NCBI GenBank assembly: GCA_965262615.1
Contig: OZ253545.1
Span: forward strand, 1,280,001-1,344,000
Length of the DNA: 64,000 nucleotides
Reading direction: 5' to 3'
From: Alphaproteobacteria bacterium
Lineage (GTDB): Bacteria > Pseudomonadota > Alphaproteobacteria > GM7ARS4 > G965262615
The notes beneath the pieces were generated by a model. The model ran no database searches and was not told where the DNA came from. It was given only the letters and a program-made list of their open reading frames with translations. Below are positions 10,301-17,600 of this stretch, piece by piece (within the stretch, counting starts at the first letter, position 1; the number at the start of each line of letters is the position of its first letter). The position numbers and the translations under genes are program-made.

Positions 10301-11574
10301 GCGCCCACATATTCGGTGTTGTCGTCTGCTGAGAAAATGAGCACTCGTGATTCCAAATCCGCCAGCCTCAGAGCGAGATTGGTGGAAACGGTCAAGCCAC
10401 TCATAAGGGTAAAATACCCTTCATTGCCGATGGTGTAGCCAGATGGCAGATACAAAAGCAATGATGCAGGCTCTTCGCCCACAGCGCCATTGAGAGCAAT
10501 GTTTCCAGAAAATGTCAGAGCGGAATCAAAAGCAGTTCCTGTGCGTGTCAGATAGAGTCGCATGGTTGCGCCGACATTGACATTGATTGTCTGCAGATTA
10601 GAAAATCGTGTTCCTTTAGAGCCATTGGTGGCATCTCCCAGTGTGAGCAATCCGCCATTGAGGGTGAGGGTATCGTTGCCGCCGCGAAAATTGGATTCTC
10701 CATTGACGAGGGTGAGATGACCGCCACTCAGTGTCACAGTGTCATTGCCGTTGGAAATATCAAAAAGCCCAGAGACGCTGCCGCCACTGATGACGGCGTT
10801 CACTCTGCCGCCAAAATTAGAATTGATAATTCGTGAAGCGGTGACGCGTCCATTAGCAAAGGTAACATTGGCGACACTGTTGTCAGCACCGCCTTCCAAA
10901 GTGACGGCGTTTGCTCCTGCCACATTGATATTGCCCGAATTGGTGACACTCAATGGTCCTCCGACACGCTGAATCAGCCAAATGGCGCTGTGATCAGAGC
11001 CGCAGTTGGCGGTGCAATTGGAAGCAAATCCGATGTTGCCGCTGTTGTTGATATTAATAACGAGGCTGGCGAGCGTTTCGGCGTGAATCCCTCGCAGACC
11101 GTTATTGTATCCGCCGCCACTTTTGGTGTCAAAGACGAGATTTGCGCTGTTATTGATATTCACATCTGAGGAGTTTCTCACATACAAAGCGGCTTGCGAT
11201 TCCCCCCGCACCTGCACATCTCTCTTGGTGGTGCTGTTGGTCTGATGATTGAGTGTGATGCCGAGCCTGATTCGTGTGCTCTGCAGCGAGCCATCAATGG
11301 TGATGCCATGCCCTGTGCCTGTGGTGTTGACGGTGGTATCAAAATCATTGAGATTGATGATGGCATTATCGGAGATGCCGGTGACGGATGCGGCGGAGAA
11401 AATAGTGCCGAGTGTGAGTCCGCCTGCGAGTTGAGCGGCGGTTCCGCCTGTGCAGGTGATGGTGTTATTGTTGTTGGCACACGCCAGAGCGGCGAGCGTG
11501 ACCGCATCGCCAGACGATGACCGCGCCTCAACAGACGCCGTCCCTAGAAGAAGCAAAAATGCAAACAAATGCAC
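1..11574 (-). CDS. Giant repetitive autotransporter-like adhesin passenger, >3,850 aa; 3' end lies outside the window
   Basis: Absent from the ORF track, consistent with no in-frame stop inside the window. One minus-strand frame was spot-translated at 11640, 8761, 5461, 2401 and 1 and gave module sequence each time. GTG at 11574 lies 8 nt after GGAGGT and opens a signal-peptide-like MHLFAFLLLLGTASVEA (alternative GTG at 11640). At least 9 modules start with C-x8-C-(T/S)G near 11455, 10175, 8835, 7480, 6190, 4830, 3550, 2200 and 805, homologous to the two neighbouring giants. Confidence 0.85.
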   Translation of the reverse strand, partial: MHLFAFLLLLGTASVEARSSSGDAVTLAALACANNNNTITCTGGTAAQLAGGLTLGTIFSAASVTGISDNAIINLNDFDTTVNTTGTGHGITIDGSLQSTRIRLGITLNHQTNSTTKRDVQVRGESQAALYVRNSSDVNINNSANLVFDTKSGGGYNNGLRGIHAETLASLVININNSGNIGFASNCTANCGSDHSAIWLIQRVGGPLSVTNSGNINVAGANAVTLEGGADNSVANVTFANGRVTASRIINSNFGGRVNAVISGGSVSGLFDISNGNDTVTLSGGHLTLVNGESNFRGGNDTLTLNGGLLTLGDATNGSKGTRFSNLQTINVNVGATMRLYLTRTGTAFDSALTFSGNIALNGAVGEEPASLLLYLPSGYTIGNEGYFTLMSGLTVSTNLALRLADLESRVLIFSADDNTEYVGAIQMVASPLSNRTNLRIRWSDMVAISNTASSMDCSFASNTLTCTGGSVAELNTGINARLLFKDITALQGGTHTGNLTINIDSVTDTTINATGNRHGMTIDGTMEGSRVTGNLTVNNQTSSNATRNVQVRGGNRAALYVKSAAGITISNSGDLVFSGTNYNSGLSGIHAISTGTGGVTITNTKAIGFASNCTANCGSNHRGIWVDQRVSGVVSISNSGNINVGNGDAIRLDGGTFFNFSTIALSAGSVTASRIINSNFVGSVFVTMSGGSASGLLNFGAGNDTMTVSGGTLTIANGTSNFGSGNDSMTLNGGRVTIANGTLNFGNGTDSFTVNDGTWLTLGDVTNGSKGVTFSGLETLTLNADSTTQLYLSRTGNAFDFALTLSGRININGEAGKDPTALYVHLPSGYTIGNQSYFVLINAISVASNAAFDLTDMAQRVRIFSSDGNTEYEGTIELQSSFNALRIRWSNMVGFNNTPSTMNCSFASNTLTCTGGDFSEIGRGINARRLFQDIASLRDGIHDGDLTVVINRVGENVVNFVGLGHGVTIDGERNGSRVTGNLTVNHQTTGTTTNVQVRHRGRAALYVKGGSGVTVANSANLVLAAERDGQYELFLEGIHAIATGTGTLSVTNNSAATIGFSSACTATCGANHRGIVASHTGTGNITIANGGTIQLNHTTQATGMVGILVLMPRTSASASVTITNTATINVPDVAVSVQGGSGKTATVNFNSGSRVTSQSIYASTNFGGNSAVNISSNAIVTGGITGGSGNETVTIASGGLWNMTQSSTLGGGSDSVIHNGTLVWGNATAGSDGVTLSGLETFTVNAGATLRLYLDGDFNAVTLSSAVRFNGTSDAPVIEINLPASYDLSDRAAFDLIDTGSGSLTIASLAALNAKVSIRRGGINLSGIVTLSEDGENLQVSFEDLYAPTTNSTLSCSYSVPTLTCTGRSDSNVTEGIDLRRLFASSPSLLRRGVRSGELIVILHSFGAIVNAVGTGHGITLDGTILGSRVTGNLTVNHQTTGTRHEVWVQGTNRAALYVKSQMGVSVTNGGSLRFVGSPFRSGLRGMEVISAGTGSVSITNTGAIGFGGFCPDISQCNDNHRGILVNHGGSGSVSITNSADINVGQGAVVALTGGEAADTATINFTSGTVTASEIINSTFTGDVTVTVSGGSATGRVTLAGGSDSVTVNGGTLTLANGTSAFGGGTDSLTVNSGGTLIVGDASNGSKGVTVTGLETFTVNANTTMGLYLSRTASVFDTAMTLSGRVNVNSTVGQDPTALHVYLPSGYSVSDQNYFTLLSAAALVPNSVFDLADLASQVRIFAADGTEYVGFVELGITSTNAIPTALTMRWSNMAVVNNTASTMTCGLASTTLTCTGGNASELGTGIDARRLFQDITSLQDGVHTGDLTVTINNVTDTTINSDGTGHGVRIDGAREGSRVTGSLTVNHQTTGTKRDVQVRHRGQAGLYVKGRNAVTVVNGANVLFGSNAGRHESSLYGIHAIATGTGNLTVTNNSSATLGFSAACTVSCGQAHRGIAASHIGTGNISIVNSGDINVNATIGVIRMVGILAELSHPSSVASATISNSGSIKSHNIAIAVEGGSGKSANVTFASGSDVSASYIYWGEDLGGNSTVSIAGGANVQGGVRSGSGNDAVSVAANGTWRWDSLISDFGSGTDSVTNRGTVHFGMRTRPAGNLIIRGLESFTAESGSIVRFYLGRDFNALRLSSAVRFNGTGSNAPVIEIHLPASYDLSDRTAFDLIDTGSGSLTIASLSDLDAKVKVLRGAVTYRGRFVLREDGENLQVSWTGLFASVPASTLDCSYSVPTLTCTGGSADELAGGLRMDRMFADVSELAAEGLRSGNLTVTLHSFTSAVNTSGTGHGITLDGTVAGSRVTGSMTVNHQTTGTKQDVSVRGANKAALYVKSAAGVSVTNGGNLVFAGTPYNNGLRGIEATSAGTGNVTINNSATIGFASTCTTNCGSNHRGILVSHGGSGTVSISNSGDINVGSGAAIALTGGTSSTAATIRLTSGTVTANELINSDFAGNITMTMNGGSATGRITLGSGNDTVTVNGGTLTLANGISAFGGGTDSMTLSGGTLIVGDASNGSKGVTVTGLETFTVNANTTMGLYLSRTASVFDTAMTLSGRVNVNAAVGQDPTALHVYLPSGYSMSDQNYFTLLSAAALVPNSVFDLADLASQVRLFSSDGSTEYVGFIELGVTTTNSIPTALTMRWSNMAVVNNTASTMSCNLASTTLTCTGGNASELNSGINARRLFQDITSLQDGVHTGNLTVTINNVTDTTINSDGTGHGVRIDGAREGSRVTGSLAVNHQTTGTKRTVQVSHRGQAGLYVKGRSGVTVVNGANVQFATNNNRYASSLYGIYAIATGTGNLTVTNNFATTIGFSAACTANCGTNHRGIAASHIGTGDIDIVNAGVIRVSNTVNAVGMVGILAELPSSSATASVSIDNTGIIEARDIAINVVGGTGKTATLSFNNGSRTSALVAYWSQQFGGNSTVNIGSYAVVTGGIMGGTGNESVSVFANGSWTINYNSSFGSGTDSITNRGIMAIGSSTQVSRYISITGLETFTMAANSTLRLYLDSLFGKVDISGTVTFNGSNDRDAPILELFLPAGYDSGSRSAFTLIDASAIVLQSTLTFSELARRLVVRSRDGTVYDGDFTLSRATGGQLQLAWGTIGEALNCRLVGSAITCSGGSASSFEFVGGFDLDDIFRKISSLSSGVFTGDLTVNLGSATESLAATVNTAGTGHGIELDGTVTDSRVTGSMTVNNQTAPATKRDIQVRGTNKAALYVKSAAGVTITNGGNLVFSGTPYNNGLRGIEAISAGTGNVNVTNNSGSQIGFASACTTNCGTSHQGIFINHAGSGTVSITNSGTINLTGSGTAAHGIQVSAGTATEAVTISNTGTINVAGAAMSLTGGASADTATINLTSGTVTASEIINSDFAGNVTVTMNGGNATGRITLGGGNDTVTVNGGTMTLTNGTSAFGGGTDSMTLSGGTLIVGDASNGSKGVTVTGLETFTVNANTTMGLYLSRTGNVFDTAMTLSGRVNVNAAVGQDPTALHVYLPSGYSISDQNYFTLISATALVPNSVFDLADLASQVRIFAADGTEYVGFVELGVTTTNAIPTALTLRWSNMAVVNNTASTMTCALASTTLTCTGGNASELGTGINARRLFQDITSLQDGVHTGNLTVTINNVTDTTINSDGTGHGVRIDGAREGSRVTGSLTVNHQTTGTPRTVQVRHRGQAGLYVKGRNAVTVVNGANLMFATNAGRHESSLYGIHAIATGTGNLTVTNNSSATLGFSAACTVSCGTSHRGIAASHIGTGNISIVNSGDINVNATIGVSRMVGILAELSHPSSVASATISNSGSISSRNIAIAVEGGSGKSANVTFSSGSDVSATYIYWGEDLGGNSTVRIAGGANVQG
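3330..4170. repeat. Third, shorter copy of the intragenic repeat block (matches ~590-1420 and ~5970-6760)
   Basis: Shadow ORFs 3394/649/6034 and 3941/1193/6578 are near-identical; offsets about 2745 and 2640. Confidence 0.8.
5386..6720. repeat. Long intragenic direct repeat, copy of 1-1330
   Basis: For example 'gacagaggatggatgagaca.ttcagccaaaatccccaccatccta.tgacgccaatggtggcattcacattgatgtcgcc' occurs at ~195 and ~5581. Confidence 0.85.
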
Positions 11575-11662
11575 TAAAGACCACCTCCCCCACAACTCAC
11601 ACGACACCGTGCCCGCCTCACGACAGGACAAAGATGACACTATAGGATGCTATTTCAAACGA

Positions 11663-14600
11663 TCAAAATGACAGTTTGAAAGTCGCCGAATGCCGTCCGA
11701 CATCTCCATTGATGCCCACCATGCCGTCATAATCCAGCGAGCCAAAGAATTGCTCATCGGCGAACAGCTGCACCCCAGCGGCGAAATCCACATAGATGTC
11801 ATCCATCACGCCGGTATAGGTGAAACTATTGCCCATGCGGTCGGCGGCGAGCTGCGAGGTGATATCAATCTCATCAAATCCTGAGAGCACATAAGTCACA
11901 CCGAGTTTGAAGAGCGGCTGAAATGTGACATCCCCAGGATAGAGATAGTCCCCCCCAAAGAGGAGTGCGGTACGCAAACTGGTGAAATTGAAATGCTCAT
12001 CATTGACATTGAGATTGAAAGGCGAGATACCACTGACGGTGCTCAGATTATTCTCTTCAACATCCTGCATGAAGATTTGTGTCGCGCTGATTCCAGCACT
12101 GGGCTCCATATAAACATCGGCATCAACATACGCCCTGTAGGCGACTTTGGCGTGAACGCCATAGTTGACGAAGACGGGTTCAGACTCAACGACGGCGGTA
12201 TTGAAGGTGGCGCGTTCCATGTCGTGTGCGGTGACACCCAGTGTTATTGCGCCGCCTGCTCTGAATCCGTCTGTTTGGAGCAGTCCGCTTGGAGCAAAGT
12301 GTCCTGATGCGGCAAAGGAGACTCGGTGTCCATCGGATTCGCCGCCTCTGTTATTTTCGTGGGCGAGCAGGCTGTAGCTGCCTCCGAACGACATATGGAT
12401 TTGATTGGTCAGTGACAAATCCCAGAATGCGGCAAAGTTGATTGGCGAATCTTCGTTAAATCCGACCGTTCCTTCCTTGTCGGTTTTGCGCAGGAGCGAG
12501 CCCCAGATGGCGGTTCTGCCACAGACGATTTGCCCCTGGCGTCTCAACGCGCTGTAGGTGCTGTAGCGTTTTTTGCCCAAATAGTTGGATTGGGCGCACG
12601 ACTGATTAAGCACCTGCTCTGCCAGTTGTTGGTCGGCGAACCAGTTGGCTTGCACCATGGTGCCATAGATGGGCGCAGAGACGCGATCCAGTGCCTCACC
12701 AAGATTTTGGTGTCTGTCATTGCCAACTTCTTCCAGCGCATTGTAGAGGTGATCAAAAACCTCGCCACTGCCATCCCGCAAAGAGGCGGTTTGCAACACT
12801 CTGGCGATGCCCAGCTGTCTCTGATTAGCACCAGCAGCGATGGCGAGGTCACTGAAATCCACTCTTTGAATGGCAGCCCATTGAGCCTTGAGGATATTAG
12901 TGCCGCTCACGCTAAATGCGACATCTCTGGCTTTGAGGAGTGTTCCAGCTTGAACAAATCGCACTCGTGCCGCGAGCCCCGCCAGTGTTGGGGCATCATC
13001 ACCGCTAGAGGCAGTCACACCGATGGAGAGTGAGGAGGCAGTGAACAGATTAAGGTCACCGCCGGCGGAAAGGTCATAACCAGAGGGCAGATTGATGACG
13101 ATGGTGGGAGCATTGCCCTCTCCTCTGACGGCGAGCGTCGCGCCAGACATGGAGATGGTGCTGAAGTTGTTATTCACAAACAAGTTCAAGGTGGAGCCTC
13201 CCTCAAGGGTGAAGTTTTCCACACCAGCGATGCTCACGCCATCCGAGCCATTGGTGGCATCGCCCAAAGTCAGATTGCCGCCGCTATTGACGGTGACGCT
13301 GTCCGTTCCAGCACCAAAGTTGGATGCGCCGTTGTTAATCACAAGGTTGCCGCCGCTATTGACGGTGACGCTGTCATTGCCGCCGCCGAGATTGAATGTC
13401 CCCGCGAGCCTGCCACCACTGACAGTCACGCTGTCATTGCCGTCACCGAGATTGAGTGTGCTTGCGAGCGTGCCACCACTGACAGTGACGCTGTCATTGC
13501 CGCCGCCGAGGTCCAGTGTGCCGGTGAGCGTGCCACCACTGACAGTCACGCCGTCATTGCCGCCGCCGAGACTGACCGTGCCGGTGAGCGTGCCACCACT
13601 GACATTCACACGGTCAGCTCCGTTGCTCAAACTGATTGCTCCCGTTGCCGTGCCACGATTCATATTGACCGTGACGATATTGTTGGTCGTGTCAGAAGTT
13701 ACCAAATTACCAGTGGCTGTCACCCTGCCACCATTGAAATTGACAGTCGCTGACCCAACAGTCGCTGCCCCCCCAGCAATACTGTTAAAAGTAACGGCAT
13801 CACCCTTCACATTGATGTTGCCGGTGTTGGTGACGGTCGGCGTTCCCCCTTGCACATAAATCGCATTAGCGTTGACGGTGGCGGTGGTATCGGGGTTCAT
13901 GCTGATGGTGCCACTGTTGGTGACGCGGTTCGCCCCCGAGCCAGAGGAAATTCTTGAGATGATGCCGAAATGGGTCGTGCCACAATTGGCACTGCAGGAA
14001 GCGGCGTAGCCGATTGCACCAGAGTTGGTGACAGTCGCCGTGCCACTCGCCGCGGTGACCTCAATGCCCCGCAGAGAGGTGGCATAGACACCGCTCACGG
14101 CGGCAAACGAAAGGGGCGCGGCACTCGTAACTGTCACGCTTGCCGCACCTCTCACAAACAGTGCGGCTTGGCTTGCCCCTCGCACAAACACACTGCGTCT
14201 GGTGACGGAATTGGTTTGATGATTGACGGTGATATTGCCACCGATGAGGTCGGGGTCGCCAGCCGTGCCATCAATCTCAATGCCGTGCGTATTGCTGTTG
14301 GCATTTGTATTCACATCCACGCCAAGATTATTGAGGTTGATGACACCAGCCCCTGCGATTCTGGTCACAGCCGAGCCGGCATAAGAGAAAATCTCGGCGG
14401 CAGTCAGACCGTCAGCCAATTCAGTGGCTGCACCCGATGAGCAACTGATGGTGCTATTGCTATTGGATGGTGAGCAAGCAAGGGAATTGGCTGTCAGCAA
14501 TCTCCACTGCACCTGCAGTATCTCGCCTGATGCTTCCGACACCGTGGCAATATAACTGCCCAAATTGACTCCGCCGCGAATAAGCCTCACATTAAAGTCA

Positions 14601-17600
14601 TTGACACTGAAGCCACCGCTAAAATCAAGGGTGTTATTGCTGCCATCCACATCAATCAAATCAAAGGCATCGCGGGTTGCCAGCGTGTAGCCGCTGGGCA
14701 ACACAATCTCAAGGGTGACAGTTCCGCTGCCATTAAACACAAAGTCACCGGAATCAAATGTGAATTTATTGGCGGCACTGCCACTGAAGGAGCTGTCCAT
14801 GAAGATTCGCAAAGTCGCACCCGAATTGACGGTAAATGTCTCCACCCCATTGATGTCCACGCCATCGGAGCCATTGGTAGAGTCGCCGAGACGCAGACTG
14901 CCGCCGCTATCGACAATAATCCTATCGTTTGAGCCAGCACCAAAATCGGAAGTTCCATTGCTCATCACATAAGTGCCGCCATTGTTCACTCTGATTAAGT
15001 CATCATCGCCATAGGATCTGAATCTGCCCGTCACCGTGCCACCACTGACTCTCATTTCAACAGAGTAATTAGCATCCCGACTGGAGCGCACGGCATAAGT
15101 TGCCGTCACCGTGCCACCACGGAAATTGACACTGACACCATCATTGGAGCCCTCCGTCACAACAGCCGCGCCACTGTTGTTAGCGGTGTCTCCCACGGAG
15201 ATGTTTCCATAGTTGTCAATGGACACAGCTCCCCCTGATTGCGCAATAAAAATACCACCGCTTCCAGAACCATTGCCAGAGTCACCGCCGATGGTGATGT
15301 TCCCCCGATTGGTCACGGTGATATTCCCCGCATCAGAGGCATCGGGCAGATTAATCTCCATGCCCCAATGCCCCACGCCACAATCGTCGGTGCACGAATT
15401 GCCGATATTGCCTGTGTTGGTGATTGTCGCGTTCCCCGTGCCAGTAGTCGCCAGGGCAATGATTCCCCGAAATTGGTCGTTGTAGGCATTGTTGCGTTGG
15501 GAATGGACGATGTTGGACGCATTGTTAATGGTCAACCCTGCTTGGCTTAGCAAATACATCCCACTTGTGTTTGCCGCGGAGACAAAAAGAGTGCGCTTGA
15601 TAGCGGAGTTGGTTTGAACATTGACAGTCAAATTGCCCGACACCCTTGAGCCAGTTTCGCCTGCATTCATGTAAATGGCATGAGTTGTGGTATCATTGGC
15701 GGTGTTCAAATCGGCAACCAGATTATCCAGATTGATCACAAGATTTCCTGTGTATGATGTGCCCAGAGCACTGACATCGGCAAAGATGCGTCTCAAAGTG
15801 ATGCCTTTGGTGATTTCATCGTCACTGGCAGTTCCCCCTGAGCAGGAAATGGTGGGAGGCGTTCCCGAGCAAGCAAGGGTGGATGGCGTCACAGTCAGCC
15901 ATTGCACCCGCAGAATCTCGCCATCTGTTCCTGAGTCCGTCGGTGTGACAATATACCCCGACAAGGCTGTTCCCCCCTGCCTCAGAATCACATTAACATT
16001 ATTGACATCTGCACCATTGATAAAATCAAGGGTGTTGTTGTTGCCATCCACATTAATCAAATCAAAGGCATTGCGATCTGCCAGCGTGTAGCCAGAGGGC
16101 AACACAATCTCAATGGTGTAGGTGCCGCTGCCATCAAACACGAAGTCCCCCGAACCAAATGTGAGTTCGGTATGAGTGCTCGCACCAAAATCGCTGCGCA
16201 TAAACAGCCGCAAAGTCGTCCCCGCTTTGACGGTAAATGTATCCAACCCATTGAGGTTCACCTCGTCCGTGCCTTCGGTGCTGGCATGCCCCAAATACAC
16301 CGTGCCGCCGCTATTGACTGTCAGGCTATTGTCGCCGCCAGCAAATTCCGATGTGCCTCTGAAATCCAACACACCGCCATTATTCACCGTGACCACCGCA
16401 TTGCCCCCATGCCAGCGCAGCGCGCCCCGCACCGTGCCACCGTTAATCGTTGCGTTGAGAGTATAATCCGCCGAGCGTTCGGCATACAAAAAGTAATGAG
16501 CATCCACCGTGCCACCATTGAAATTGACAACGGAATTGCTCTGAAGGGAAATAGCTTTGCCCCTGTTGCTGTCAGCAGTCCCCGCAGCATTGGCAACATT
16601 AATATTCCCCGTGTTGGTGATGGTCACCGTGCCGCCCGCCCGAGTCACAAAAATACCAGAACTGCCAGCATTACTACCAGAGTCACCAGGACCGAAAGTG
16701 ATATTGCCACTATTGGTCACAGTGACCGTAGACCCCGAATCAGAATTACCAGAAGCGAGCAGTTCCAAGCCCCGATGTGCAACACCGCAGTCGGATGTGC
16801 ACGAAACACCAATATTGCCACTGTTGCTGACCGTCAAAGCCGAAGTGCCACCCGCCCGAGCAAGAATTCCCCGAAAAGCACTGTCGTAAGCATTGCCGGT
16901 TCGTTTATGACGAATCTCGGCAGCATTGTTGACGACCACCTCTCCTGAACCCCACACACGCAAGCCCGCTCTGTTCGCAACGGGACTCTCAATGGCACGC
17001 TTGGTGGAAGAATTGGTTTGCATATTGACGGTCAATTTGCCCGACACGGTCGACCCACTCGCTGTTCCATCAAAATTAACGACATGGTCTGTGGGGGTGC
17101 CGCTGCCAATATTGCCAGAGAGATTATTCAGAGTCACCGTCAAATCTCCCGTGTAACTTGCCAGCTGCGTGGCATCGGCAAAGATGCGCCGCAAATGCAT
17201 TCCGACTCTGAATTCGTCGTCACCGGTATTTCCCCCCGTGCAGGTAACGGTGGCGGAGGCAAAAGAGCAATTCATGGTGGATGCCGTCACGGTCTGCCAT
17301 GCCACCCGCAGTTTCTCGCCTGAGCCTTCCGTCACAATGCCATAATACCCACCCAAGGTGTTTCCATTACTCGCAATAAGACGCACACGAATGTTATCAA
17401 CACTGGCACCATTTTCAAAATCAAGGGTGTTGTTGTTGCCTTCCACATCAATCAAATCAAAGGCATCGCGATTTGCCAGCGAGTAGCCACTGGGCAACAC
17501 AATCTCAAGGGTGATGAGGCCGCTGCCATCAAATTTCAAATCACCACCACCAAATGTGCCAAATATGAAAGAGTTAGAGGCGGAGCTGGTAAAGGTGCTG

